64,000 nt of DNA from Callorhinchus milii (Eukaryota). The stretch covers positions 39,928,001 to 39,992,000 of the forward strand of contig NW_024704746.1 in NCBI RefSeq assembly GCF_018977255.1. Direction: 5' to 3'. The notes under the pieces are model-generated. The model was not told the DNA's origin, did not search any database, and saw only the letters and a program-made list of their open reading frames with translations. Shown one piece after another: positions 24,087 through 39,100 of this stretch. Numbering within the stretch: the first letter of the stretch is position 1; each line of letters starts with the position of its first letter. The position numbers and the translations under genes were made by a program.

Positions 24087-24152
24087 ATGGCCAGAGAGGA
24101 CTCCGTCAAGTGTCTCCGCTGCTCACTCTATGCTCTGAATTTCCTCTTCTGG
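24087..24152 (+). CDS. TSPAN12: TSPAN12 coding exon 1 ([22 protein letters not shown])
   Basis: AGAATGG Kozak context, GTGAGT donor; exon begins at 24016. Confidence 0.96.
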
Positions 24153-27100
24153 GTGAGTCGGGTTTGCAACAAACCTCGAGATGCGATTTTGCTGCTAAAC
24201 ATTGCATGTTACAGTCACCAATATGTTCCTCTGCGGACCACGTTGATCATATAAAGTTCCTCTCTCCAAAACCAGGTCAACTAACTCGTGGCCCTGATTT
24301 GCCACTCTGCTGTGTTTTCACAATCTTTTCTGGGCGGTGTGTTGAACTAATCGATTTCCACTTGAACTTTGGGTTTTGCTGACACACCGCCTCAATTCTT
24401 CCAGCAAGTGGTTGAAAGATAACCATTCAGAGCCCTCACACAGAATGCCCCTGTTGTTATTTGTTTAAGGTTAATTTTTTTTTGAAGGAGGCTGATATCA
24501 TCGTCGGTTGAAACCCGATGGGATGCCAATGCAATTCGAAATAGGCAAAGAAAATAATCGCAAAAGTGCACGATAGGGTGTAATGTAACTCCAGTTGCAG
24601 GAACAAGCTACCCAGGAGATAGTTTTCCCCTTTAAAAACATATTTTATAAATGCATAATAAATATGATCGTTCACCGCCCAAAATAATGTTTCCTGCTAA
24701 TATATTCTTATTTTTATTTTCAATAAGGATGGATATCAGTTAAAACTTATCTTTACCAAGCAGGTAGAATTCATAATTGTGTGTGGAATTAAAGGAAAGC
24801 AATTAGTTTGGAAGATAATTGGCCAGGACAATGGGAGAGTGTCATGGGATGTCTATTTTTTCCAAAAGAAGCAGATGGGCCTCAGCTAAACATCTCAACA
24901 AAAGGCAATACTTCTGGCAATGCCTTGCTTCCCTAAGACCCCAGTGGAGTGTCAGCTGAGATTTATGAGTGCAAGTCTTGATGTGGGGCTTGAACCCAGA
25001 ACTTGATGCCCCAGAGGCAAGAGTACAGAGTGAGCTAAGCTGACACCTTAACTAGTATTTGCATTTATCTTTCAGCAAGTAAAAGTTCTCCAACCAGTGG
25101 AAGCTATATAAAGCCAAGTTGTTGATGTTGTTGTGGTGGCTGAAAACTAATGAACGTTTGTGATGAGGGACAATTTGTAAATAAAGGAAATTGCTGTGAA
25201 GCCTTGAATGTTTGAATATGGAACAGTAAATAATAGCCATGCATTTTTTACAGCTGATGTCAGCCTGTGTTCTGGGTGTGTCTGCATGGATGAGGGATTA
25301 CCTGAATAATGTACTAGTATTAACAACAGAAACCAGGTATGTATCAATTAACTATGGGATAAAATTCCACTAGTCTGTCAAACATTCGGAATAAATGCAC
25401 ATTTGTAATGTGATAAAGTCCATACAAAATTAAATCCTGCTTTCACATCTATTCTTTAAAATAGTTTTCACTTAATTCACCGGAGACTAGCACCATTCAT
25501 TATTCACCTGTGATTAAAATCAAACTTTGAACAGTTTGTTTTCACCTTGAATACTTTGATTTCAGATGTAATGGGAAAAATTCCACCTGGGTCTAGACTT
25601 ACCTTATTTTCGTAGCGTTTCAGAACATTCAGAATTTGGCAAATTGTTGAATTGAATCATAACTTTGAACCTTTTTTTTGTCGTTCTTGAAGGAAATTTG
25701 CAAAAAACGGGCTCCAAAATTAAGATTGTGTTTAAGAATCTGCCAAATTCTGAATCGCTGAAATGCTAAGAAAATAGAGTAAATTGAGACCCGAGTGGAA
25801 TTACTTCTTTCTAGTTGAATTGCTTTTTTTAACCATCAGTTGAGCATCAGATTGTTTTTTGTACCAGAGAGTTATATTACTATCACGTTTAGATAAGGCA
25901 AATGCTTCATTCTTTATATTTTTTAAGGTGAGGATTGAAAATGGTCTTTGTCACCACTAACTCCTTGACTCTCTGGTAACTTACAACACTCAATGTCTCA
26001 GGGTTGCATACTACACTCAAATTTAACTTGATTCCAACATTTGTTCCCCCAAAAATGAGAATCCAAAATGCTATGATTGACATTTCAAGAAAACGACCAT
26101 CAAATCGTATGTAAGATAAAGCTTGGTACCTGGCTTGGCCTGATTTTTATGTAAATTCTGCTTGTGGTCTTCTTGCATTGCACAGTGTATTCCGATTTCT
26201 AAGTGCAACAAGTGATTTTTTGGGGGGTGAAGTGTTAATCAGGCATCCACAATTGGAAACCAGGTACTATGCTTAACTCCTTATTCCTGAGAGTTCCACA
26301 TATTTCTGTTTTTTATTTATCTGGTATGGAGTGCACACTTTTTTCCCAATCCAAGAGAGTTTAGATGCAAGTTAGCAAGAGCCAAGGCTTAGGTACCCCG
26401 AATGTGTATTGCATACCGTTGGACCAGCTAAAATTGCACAGCTTGCCATTGCAAACACTTACAAACTTTCCACTGCACAGTAATGTCCAACAAACAGTAA
26501 CACGTGGAGTCCTGTAGCTCAGTGGTTAGAGCACTCGCTTTGCAAGTGAGAGACCTGAGTTCAATTCCAGGCAGAGGGCGAAACCTTGGGCAAGTTTCCT
26601 TACTCCACACAGAGCCTAATAATAATCCCTCCAAAACCCAAAACAATAATAAATTGGTCATTTTCAATCTACGACTGTTTGTGGGACATTGCTGTGCGCA
26701 ATTGGCTGCCGCGTTCGCCCACAAATATACAGTCAATTCACTTTACAGTGTGTTCTGTGAAGCGCTTTGGGACGTCCTCCCGACGTGAAAAGCGCTATAT
26801 CAAATGCAAGGATTATTATTATTATTATAACAAAGTGAGTGGCCAATTTTACTTGGGGATTTGTTGGCCAGGATACCGGGAGAAATTCTCTTTTTTTCCT
26901 GTAGTAGTGCCATACAATTTTTAAGATCTACCTGATCAGGCCAACAATACCTCGGTTTAATGTCTCATCTGAAAAACAGCACCTCTGATAGTACAATCCG
27001 GGTTCTGTATTGGAGTTCCAAGTCCCGATGTGAGGCTTTTACCCACAACCTTCCCACACCAATGCAAGAGTGCTGCCAACTGAATCAGGTTAACACACAG

Positions 27101-30100
27101 TTTGTGTGTACGTGTGTGTCTATGTATGTATGTGTGTATACACATCTTACATATAAATATCTGAAAAGGCAGGAATATGAGAAATGATCTTTTTCCTGTT
27201 TTTTAAATGTTTACAAATTCTATACAAATGTAATTTGTTGTTTTTAAACGTTTAATCTTAGACTCTTTTAGTTCTCCTTTTAACATGCAGGACCCCAGAA
27301 TATGGGAAAATGTTTGTTAATTAGCTAATCCCACTCCTGTTAATAATCCCTAGTCAGTGAGCCAAGATGACTTGCTTCCAATTTGTCTCCCATTCCCTGT
27401 GGTGACACTGTACAGCTGATATTAGAAATGTGTGACCAGAGTTAAAGTCAAATATATAAATTAATTACTACCACAATTACCTAAATTAAAATGAAATTAG
27501 TTTTCAAAGAAGCTTCAAGAGGAAACACTTCTGGTCAACTGGATTTCATTGTTTGTGTTCTGCAAGAGCCTTGAAGCTTGAAGTTCCACATTTCTCTGTT
27601 GGCGTACTTTGAAAACTTTAATCCAACATTTCAAGGAGGACCTTTCACCATCACAAACCCTTTGTTAACAAGGACCCTTGTCTGTTAATTAGAGTCTTTT
27701 ATAGCTTATTCCATAATTGTTCATTAGAGTCAGAAACCACCAGAGCAACTGTATAAAAGCATCAGTCCAGAAACGGTTTCCATGAATACTGAAATTTATG
27801 AATGCATTGTCTTCTGGATACCATTAACGCGGATTACTTAGGAATTTGCTGTCCCTCTACAGGCTTGAAGAGGCATTCATTCTGACATATTTACCAGTGA
27901 TCCACCCTATAATGATTGCGGTGTGCTGTTTTTTAATAATAGTTGGGATGTTAGGCTGCTGTGGAACAGTGAAAGGCAATCCGCTGCTCCTTGCTTGGGT
28001 ATGTATACTTTCTTTAAAATATATCTCCGTTACCTGGTTAGGTGAATGCTAGACACAATTATCTTCAGATTCAATATTTCTCATACATTGTATTGAATAA
28101 AGAATGTTTTTTCAATGACAGTATAGGTATAAATGTATGTTTTTCAAATTGAAGTTCATTATTGGCAGTAGTTAGCAATTTTTAATAATTTAATAATGAC
28201 ACTTATCATGCAAAGTTCCAGTCAGTTCTAGAATGCCATATGATATCACCACAGAGGTGACACACACCCTGACTCATTGGTATTTAAGTGGTACTTTGCT
28301 GATCTACTGCTGACTACATGAATCGGTCGATAATGTCTTTAATGAATGTATTATCAAAGGTTAGAGAATTAAAAAAATACGAATAGGGACTTTTTTAAAA
28401 AAAAACTCAGATTAAAAAAACTAATCTGAAAGCAAACCTTATTCACAAGGTCACTACAGCGATTACTTTGGCTAATGTTGGAGATAAAGTCAGGCAGTGC
28501 ATTGATTTTGTGGCTAATGAACAATGCGAGGATGGAAGGTGGAACAGAGTGTACACGTGTGCTAAACAATCACAAACACTTAAATTGTGATTGTTCTTCC
28601 CATTGATGTTTCAGGACAATTGTATATTTGGAGAAATCAAAGAAATTTGAACACTTTGAATTCATCAATACTGTTTTACCACTGGGATCCATGTTATTTC
28701 CTGATGGGACTCCTGGGATATTGTGAAGTTTGCTAAATGCAGAGTAGAAAATCATTATGTTTTGCTTTAGCTTATTGCCTCATTCAGCAGAGTGGCTGAA
28801 AGGTTTTGTATTTAAAACTCTTGTGTGTATGACCTGAGAATCCACGTGTGTAATAAATGAAATAAGAAGGAAAACTGTAACATATTGTCTTGGTAGTTTT
28901 CAGAAACAAATACCATACAGGAGCAGTTCTTTGACCATTAGGTGAAGTAATTTTGTTCGAATGAGCGGTTGTTTTGTACGTAAGGGAATATGTTGGTCTC
29001 TGTGTTCAGCATGGTGTTCAGCACTTATCATATAAGTATTAACTCCAAGCCATTGCACTAATCTAGAAACTATTCCTTATGGGAGAATTTGTTTGAAAAC
29101 AAGAATTAGACAGAGACAGAACAAACAAAATTTGGCTAATTTAAATCCTGTTTAAATAACACTCACTCCCTCCCTAAATGGAATCCTTCGCACACAAAAT
29201 ATACAGTCACTACACTTTACAGTATATTTTGTGAAGCACTTTGAGATGTCTCAACAATGTGAAAAGGTGCTATATCAAATGCAAGGATTATTATTTATTA
29301 TTTTAGACATCAATATATGCTATTTGAGTGGTTACTTTTTAAAGGTTTCCTCCAGTGAAAATAGATTCCATTATGTATTATTTGATGCTGTGATGGGAAG
29401 TTGGTAGGATGGGTATTCTGGTAGTATGAGATCAAATGGGCCTAAAGGGAATCAATGTTGTAACATGTTCTCCAGCAAATCACCTGTACTTATATATATA
29501 TATTTACATATATATATTCATATAGGTTTATGCATTGTAAATAATAATCATTGCATTTGATATAATGCCTTATGTTATTGCAACGTCTTAAAGCACTTCA
29601 AACGATTATAGACCACGATGTGCAAAATGGTAAGTGCAGGAGAATGTAGGATTTAAATGTTATGGCCACTTGATTACATTTGGGTTATCTAATGCAGCAT
29701 TTATAATATACAATTTCAATGAATGACCATGATTTTGGCCAACATTCACCAGCACATATGTACAATATAAAAGAGCAATAACTGAGGTAATACTGCACTC
29801 CTGGGAAGCAATGTATACATTCTCATTTCAATTTTTTGTGCTATATCGAAAGAAAAGTACAGGAATTGACATCTATTGTCTTATTTCTATTAAATTTGCA
29901 TTGTTGAATTTGTAGATTTCCTTCCACACTCTGAGCGCTCTGAGACTCCATCCAGTGTGAAGGGCCTATATAAATGCAAGTTGTTTTTTNACACAGAACA
30001 GGTAAATACTGTAATGCCTTGTCGTGCTGTTTCTCATTGATAAGGAATTTCTTTCAAAACCTGAAGACATTTGCAGTTCAAAACAGAAAATTTATTTCAA

Positions 30101-33100
30101 AGCACATTTAGTCCTTTTGATGATCAATAATTATGGGTGGAAGGAAATCTACAAATTCAACAAGACTAATATTTCAAACAAGGCAGATTTAAAAAAAAAG
30201 GGCACATAACCATTGCCAAATTCCTACAAATGTCACTGTACTTTGAACGTGGACCAAACACACGGTTTCACTGAACTAGTAAAACTATTGTCTTGTTAGT
30301 GCAGGATTGGTTGCACAAACCTGGTTTGTTCTTAGAAAATATAATCACGGTGTAAAGCCTGACAGCATCTGCCACTTCAAAGGGCACAGACCTGTATGAA
30401 ATAGAGCTTCTCACAAAACGATTGCATGCCAATATACATGAAAGGAATAGGAACAATGCTGTGGTGAATGTATTAGAGGACAATAAATACAGTGCTTGTT
30501 CATCCTGAATTGACTTATCTCAATGGTGGCAAAGGACACATGGCATATCGATGACTGGGAATGCACATGTTCTATTTATCACTGTTATTAATATTTAAGT
30601 TTCTACAATTGCATGTGACGGCTAGGAAGTTGGAAGGCGATCTAGATCTAGACCTTGGTCATTTTGTGTCTAGCATTTCTTATGTTCTTGTGCGCATAGT
30701 AGCATGCCTATATTCTATCATTGTAAGATGAGAAAGGATTGCAAATAGTTCATCTCCTCAATAATAGGGAGCTCTTCTCAATGCTCAAACAGCCAACAGA
30801 ATTATTTGTTGCTTCACCTTAGCATGTAATTATCCATATTAATGTAAATACTGCATTTCTTTATGATATAAAATGGCAATATCAACGGAGCAGCTGATCC
30901 TATTTTGCATAAATATTTACTTCTTGAAACTAAGGCTTTTATATTTTAAATGTTTGAGTTATGAGCAATATTTGGACAAGCTAGAGCTCGTCAGTCTTGA
31001 AACAAGACCTCTCAGAGGGAACTTATAGAGATGTATAACATTTTAAATGAGATTGAGAAAGTAAACCCAGAACAGTAGGACACAAGGGGGCACAGATTTA
31101 TAGTTGCAAAGCGTAACTTCAGGACAGATATCAGGAAGTATTTCTTTACTCAATTAATGACTGGAATAGGCTACTAGGAAGTGGTCCTGTGATGGGAAGA
31201 TGGTATGGAGTTTTTTCCTGAAAGAGTGAGATCAAATAGGCTGAAGGGCCTTCTTCATCTGAATCAATCTTGTGTTCCTGTGAAGTATTGTTTGAAGGTA
31301 AATTTTAATGGAGCAATCACCACGAGGAGAATTCAGCTTGGAAGGGCATGCAGCCAATAAGAATGACAATATTATTTAAATATACCAATTAAAAGGCATT
31401 AACTGATTGCTATAGTTTGACTTATGTGGATCATCAGGAATGTGACTAGGTCAATCTTTAACACTTTAGAAATATCAGTGCACAAGAGGAATGCTGAATT
31501 TATTTATCGACTGTGCCACAACCGGTTAATTCATCTATGGCACTTTGAGGATTAATAAGTTAGAAATAAATGCATCTGGTTATTTTTAAAATTGCAGTCA
31601 CATGGATGTCCAATAAATGTTGCACAATTTCATGCTTTAGCAGAAACATTCTTAACTCAAAGGATCACAAGAAATGTATGAAGAAGGCCTTTCAGCTTAT
31701 TTGATCTCACCCTTTCAGAACACTGTCTCTATCGTCAGCAGTTTGCTGTTCCCTAAATTGATCCAGTGCCACAGACTCAATGACCCTTCATGGTAATCTG
31801 TTTTATCTGTTGCTGACCTTCTTTGTGAAGAATTATTTCTTGATATCTGTCCTAACTTTGCCCTTCACAATGCTAAACCTGGGTCTTTGGTAGATCTGAA
31901 AGCATTGTTCCAGGTTTGCTTACTTTATCCAGGGCTTGGACAGTCCTATTAATCTGTCCAATAAGTATCAGCAATGTTTGCTTCGGACTAATACTTACCA
32001 TTTTACATAATAATCAATTTACTGCTGCATTCCAAGATGTTACACAATGTTTCTACTCATGTATATTTGAATTATCCTGTTTTGAATCACATCAGTCCAC
32101 TTCATGTCATAACCTCTTGTGGTGAACCCAGTTTATCCAGCTTCAGTTACCCTAATGTTAGATATATAACACAATTGATGAACAGTAAATTATCCTGTTA
32201 CTAATCTTATGAATTAAATTACCTTGTTTATATTCCAAGAAATTGAGTTAACTTCCATTCCCTTCCAGTTGATTAATTGTAAAATTCTAGGGTCTAAGGT
32301 TTCTTGCAGTCTTAGCCTGCAAGACTATTTTGTCTTCTTCAAATCAGTCTTAATTTGGAAATTTGTTCTTTTTAATACTTGCAGAAACATGGCTTCAAAA
32401 TTAAGGCTGTATTGATGAGTTTACCAAATTCTGAATGCTCTAAAACAGGAGTGTCAAACATATGGCTAAACATGGGGTGATATTTGGCGGTCCGCCCATT
32501 AGTTTCTAAAATTGGATTGATGGGGTACTAAATGGCATTTCACAGCTTGCCAGTATTTTTTTCAATGATGTTAAAAACATATTAGAGAATTTAAGTTAAA
32601 TATTGAAGCTTAGCATTATCTTTTAAGGCTTAGCATTAGCCTGCATTTTTTTGATGACTAGGAATTGTGCAGGGTAATGTTTCATGCACATTGATATATT
32701 TGAGCAAATGTACACACAATCATAGAGATTTTCAGGTACAGTATTATGTATAGCTTTCTTTAAATTGCGGACCACCAAATGACCAGTGTTATCTTAAATT
32801 GCCCTTGTGGCCAGATGAGTTTGACATCCCTGCTCTAAAATGTTATGCAGGAAGAATAAATCAGCATCCAAGTGGAATTTATCTCCAGTTGTATCTATAA
32901 TGTTGACTGTTTGAGTGCAAAACATGGGAAATTGAACTGCTTTAGTAATTGAAACCCAAAATAACATGAATTGTGATTTTGAAGGAAAATTGTGTTGGAA
33001 TGCAGTTTTAAGCTATGCATGTCTGTTTTGCAGCATTTGAACAAACTTCATTTTGTTTGTTGTCTCCTCAATTACAGTAATTCTGTTTTTAAAGTATTTT

Positions 33101-36100
33101 CTGCTGTTTTTTGTTTTACTTTGGCAATCTCTGTTCTCATTTGCTATGTTTTACTTTGACAGTCTCCTTCCTTGATTGTTTCTGCAGGAGTGTTTCTTTT
33201 CACAGCTTGCTAAATAACACAAGTTTAAGTGACAAATGAGGTAAAATAATGTTGCCATTTTAAGCTGAGCAGTACAATATAATATAGAAGAAGCCTTGAT
33301 TCATTTCACTGGATATTGATATGGGCTGTAAAGTTAAAGTGATCCATAGCAATGTCTAATGAATAAATTTGGGAATTTGTTTAATATGGAAGGAAGTAAT
33401 TACTCAATATTTTAATGATATGTGAATTATTTAGCAAGTAATTATCCCGCTATATTTGCTGCAAAAATGTTCACATAGTTTGGCGTTGTTTTGCAGTATT
33501 TTGGTATCCTGCTCGTAATTTTCTGTGTGGAATTGGCCTGTGGAGTTTGGAGCTATGATCAGGATAACTTGGTGAGTCCATATTATTTACAGTACTTGAC
33601 ATTGCAAATGTAAATTTGTATAAAATCCTAAACTTTTAATAGGGCAGTTATTCCTTGCCTCATAATAAATTGATATAAAAGAGCAAATAGTTTTTTTACA
33701 TTTTGTTTTTGTCACTCGTATTATTGTTTTGTTATGCAGCATAACAACAACAACAACAACTTGCACTTATATAGCGCCCTCCACACACAGGGTAGTGTCT
33801 CAGAGCGCTTGAAGAATACTAGCAGAGCTGCAGAAGACCAACAGGTCTGTTGTCAGCATCTAAAACCATCTATAATTTTAAATTGAACCTTTGAAGAATG
33901 CAGTAGAAGAGTTATAATGTTATTATAATAATAATAATATTACTCACATTTTAGATTGCGCCTTTCAGATTGGAAAGATGCCCAAAACACTACATAGGAT
34001 ATAGCTGACAAAATAATTAGCTTTTTTAAAATATAATTATATAGTATTTTTTAATGAAATATTACTTGTTGATTTTTCTAACACATTCTGCTGTAATATC
34101 ATCATATGCTCACCTTGAGAGCTGTTAATTGATAAAAGTAAACAGTTCAGAAACAGAGGATGAAATTTCCCTTCGCCTTAAGAAGCTTTAAGGGTGTTCA
34201 CACTGCCTTCAAAGTTGCTACATTCTTGTGGCTGTTTTATACAGTTAGTGTTAGTGACAAGAATTTCACACCCATTGTTTCAGTACTGCAAATGGTTAGA
34301 GATGCATATTAAATTAATAGCAGGTACAGTTGCTTTTAGAAGTTAAGTTTGCTCACCTTACAGCCAAATTACAATCAATTATTGCAAAGAAACCCTGCAG
34401 CATCTCTACAAAGACACCCTTGCAATAGTGCGCTGAGATAATAATAATCCTTAGATTTGATATAGTGCCTTATCACATCTTCGAGATGTCTCAAAGCACT
34501 TCACAGAATATACTGTAAAGTGAATTGATTGTACTTTTGGGCGAAACTTGGCAACCAATTGCACACATCAATGTCTCACAAACAGTCGTGGATTGAGTGA
34601 CCAAATTTTTTTTTGCATGAAGGGCACAATATAAATGCAAGTTGTTTTCGTTGTTGCATAAAGTGATGGCAGTCAAAGAGGTTATTATAAAAGTTTAAGG
34701 AACTATAAATAGCGCATTAAAATGCAGATGGATGCATTAAACTTTCAGAATTATGGGGTACTGAAAATAAATAAAATAGAAGAAAGTGTAATAGAAAAAG
34801 AGATTGGCGGCCGGAGGTGAGAGAGGATCACCTATTGGATGACAAGCTATTTATTGTTTTGTGATCATGAGTACAAGAAAGAAGCTCGCAGAATCTTCAT
34901 CAGATGTAGGCCAGAGATCAGGGAAGATCTTTTAGCAGAAATAGTCTAATTGAACAACTTGGACTTGTATAGCGTCTTTATAGATTGATAGAAAGTATAG
35001 CTCAGAAACAGGTCATTCGTCCCTGGCTGGTGATTATACTCCACAAGTGTCCATCATATCCCTCGTCACATATTTTGGCCTTTTCCCTATATCCCTCAAT
35101 TTTATTCTCCCTCAACCATGCATCCAATTTTTTTTGAATGTGCACATGGGAAAATGGCAACTGATCGATCTCTGCAATTCCCTTTCAATATAAACATTCC
35201 ATTTGACTTTTTAATACTTCTATCCAATTAGAGCTGATTAATTTCTTTCTGTTTTAGAAGAGCTCAGAGACTATTTTTCGAAGGTGTCAGAGACTACCAT
35301 AAACTCACTTACTCCTCTATTTTGTTCCATTCCCATTGGAATATGCTTTTTGTTCAGTGTGTTCTCCTTGAGATTATTAATTATTATTAATAATATTAAT
35401 AATTATAATATTTGCATTTTATAGCACTTTTCGTGTTGCCGAGACATTTCATAGCGTTTCACAGGATTTTACTGTGAGGTGCATTGACTATGTAATAGGC
35501 AAAGGCATCAGCCAATATGTGCAGAGCAATGTCCCATAAACAGCTATGAAATAATAATAATAATAAAAATAATAATAAGTGACCACCAAGTTAGCATGTC
35601 TGGAGTTATATTCACAAACCTACATCCTGCCACACTGGCACAAAACACTGCTTCACTTCCTCTGCTGCCTACAGACTGGAAATATATAGTAACTAATAGC
35701 AAACTTTTTTCATGTGCTATACAGTGTTGTCTTTCATCGCTAAATTGTTGCCTAATACTGAGTACTTGCCTTAAGTCTTGTTGCTGGTAAAGAGCTTTCT
35801 TGCTTTTGATTAAATGCCTCCATATTTTTGTCAGCACAGTTACCTATTGCTTCATTCACCTCTGACAAACAAATTATTTTGATAACCTCTGTGGAATGTT
35901 TCTAAATGTTCAGAGGACACAGCAGCTTTTTATTGATTTTTTTTGTACAAGGTTTTCATTTTAATATACATGCAAGATACTAGTTTGCAGGCATTCAATT
36001 CAAGAACTGTGAGATCAATGGCAGAAGAGCGGAATATTGAAACAGTATTATCATATTTGTAATGACAACAGACTTTTCATATAACTGGGCTCCAACATGC

Positions 36101-39100
36101 TTTGCTCTGAGACACAGGTATATGTTTCTCCAGTGTCTCTAAAATGTTAATTATTCTGCTGCTTTTCTTCCCTTTTTCTCTCCTGTATCTTTTATTTTTT
36201 TTATTCAGTTCTCTGTGCACCATTGTGTTGTCAGGAAAGTAGGCAGGCAACTTTCTCCTTAGATCTTTGTCCCTTCCCCTCTCCCTTGCTCGGAGAGTCT
36301 AATTCCACCACTGTTCAGGACTCTGAGATGCTACCCTGCCTGAAGGGCACAATCTTGTTGTCGTCACTGTGAGCTGCAGTGAGATGCACCAGAATGAGTT
36401 GACTAATCTGTCAGATAACTGCTATCTGTTATCTCTCCCACATAGGAAAAGGGAATCACAGCTGCAAATCCACAAACTAAGTGGCAAAGCCTATCAATAA
36501 AACAAAGCACTCCCGTTATTTTATGTTGGTTTTTGACTCCTTGACCTAATGACTTTTTGTAATGGTCATCAAACTTATGTCAAATCCATTATTTTCTCAT
36601 TATTAAAGAGATTTGTCCATTTTTCTAACGGCAAAGTTAGATCAAGAAAAGGGACAGACAGTTTAGAGAGTTTGGCAATGGGTCTAATCAATGAAAATGA
36701 TTTTGACCGAGCAACTTGAATACATAAAGGATGCAGATGGATTTCAGAATGGAGCCCTTGATATTTGGCATTAACCTATGCTTTTGGTGAAAAGAAAACT
36801 TTGTTGAACATTCCGGCTTAACTTCAAAGTGATTTTTTTTCAAGTGATGCTTGTGCAAGTCAAATTCACGGCTTGGAAATAAAAATGGGACAAGACAAGT
36901 TTTTGTAAAATGAAATGGTTCATAGTTTGATCATCACATGAAAAGAAATGCGAACACTCTGTAGATATGCACAACAGCAATCAAGGATTTTTTGGGCCGA
37001 AATTCTGGTTGGTGTTACACGTAGCACCTCTGGCATTTGCTCGATGCACAATTGTAACAGGCAGATCACATTATAATTACAATAATAAATAGTGCATGCA
37101 TTTAAAATAATGCCTTTCACATCAGAATGACGTCTCAAAGCGCTTTACAGGATATACTGTAAAGTATAGCTGCTGTGTATTTTCTTGGCAATCAATAGTG
37201 TCTGACATTGCCAAAGGTGCTATTTCATAATGCCTACAGGAATTTCATCTCATCTGTGCAACAGGTAGGGGTGAACTTCAGACACTGACTTTCATCCTGT
37301 TATTCCAGGAGAATACGTGCTGCAGATGTCAACTGGTGTAGAGCAGGAATACTTACCAATGAGCTAAACGTTAACAGTGGGACAATCTGCAAACAGTCAT
37401 GCTTTTTACTGCTGTGCTAATTTAGGGTTACATTTCAAACACTCTCCATGTATCACTGGGGTGGATTTTTGCAGCATGGAAATGCTTCAACATCAAATTG
37501 TTTTTTGGCACTGGGTCTAATTCTTCATTGGAGCTGCACCAAACAAATTAAAATTCAAACAATCGATTTCCCGAGGCATATAGCACTGTAAACAGTCTTG
37601 GGCCTCTCTTTGTTTCTCCGAATTTATTCCCCACTCTGATCAGGGAAGTGCATGTCTTTATCGTCATCTATACCCCAATTCTGTCTGGCCTGATCCCTGC
37701 TCAGAATGTCAAGAATCTGGCCAGTCTGCATCGGAAACTGGAGGTGCCGCTTATGGCAACCTCATAACTCAGAACTGGGAGCTGTGGTTATTTTATTCCA
37801 CAGACCTGTTATAACACATGGCTTAAATTTATGGTCCCGAAAAAGGTCATAAAACAGGTAACAATTATTTCTATTGACCATTTCCTCTAATAACATTGCG
37901 TGTCAGCTTGGCTCAGTTCAGGCTACAAGTTGGGAGTTGGACTTGCAGACAGTCCAAAGCACTGCTGGGGATGAACTGCATTGTCGGAAGTGCCATCCTT
38001 CAGATGAGATATTAAACGACCTGTCTGCTTATCTAGTTGGATGTCAAAGATCCCATGGTACTATTGGAAAAAGGAGTTTTTTCCGGTGTCCTGGCCCAAA
38101 ATCTCCTAAACAAAATTGGTCACTCATTCCATGGCAGTTTGTGGGATATTGTGTTTGCCCACAAAATACACACTGTCACTCACATCACTTTACAATATAT
38201 CCTGTAGCACTCTGAGATGTCTCGACGATCTGATAAGCACAATATCCAATGCAAGGATTATTATTATTTGAAAGTTCAGCACAAATGGTAAAAATATAAG
38301 ATAATATACAAATAATATTTGATGAAGATTTGCAGGTATGCTGACTTTGGTGTTTTTGCTTATATTTTTATAACTTGCTGGTCATTTGATTTTTTTTTTA
38401 ATAGGACCACAAAGGCTAAGTATTAGTTGAATTGTAACCTAGGATCTATATAGTATATTGCTGTATTTTAGACTTTGTAATGAGCTAAAGTAATATGATA
38501 CCCACTTTTAAATCCAGTGCAGTACAAGAACCTTGTATAGCACTTGTAATATTGCTTGAACACAGTGGTTGTGTGTGTGTGTGTATATAGTCTGGTGCAT
38601 AGATGATGATAATACGCTCTTGTTATTGAATGTGCATGTGGCATGTGGTCGATACTTTACACTTTGTCACACTGGGCCTAAACAGCACAGTTTAATTGTA
38701 ATGATGTCACTGAGAGCCTCTTTCTTTCTTCCAGGTCTCCCTGGAAAGGTCTGACATGCTTGGATTGAAAACCAAAATGCTTAAGTATGGTATGGGCAGG
38801 TACCAATGGTTAACCCATGCCTGGAATTTCTTTCAGCGAGAGGCAAGTAATTCCCTGAAAAATCTTTTTGTGCAAGACTTTGCTGTCACTAATGCCATCA
38901 ATTGCCCTTATCCAGCATTGCTTTAGCAACCGAAGAGAACTAAGCAATGACAGCATTTTTTAAAAAAATACTGTAAGTGGAGCTCTGGGCCTGTCTGGAG
39001 AATTCTCCTCAACCTTGTGGATCTCCCCAATCTTCCCGATCTCAAGCATTCTAATACTGGAAGCAATGTTACGTCACTTCCAGCCATTAGGATGTTACTG

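Noticed and set aside
26428-26924. Overlapping ORFs whose peptides recur at 208-471, 7913-8411 and 22281-22487
   Set aside because: Chance reading frames through copies of the same non-coding SINE
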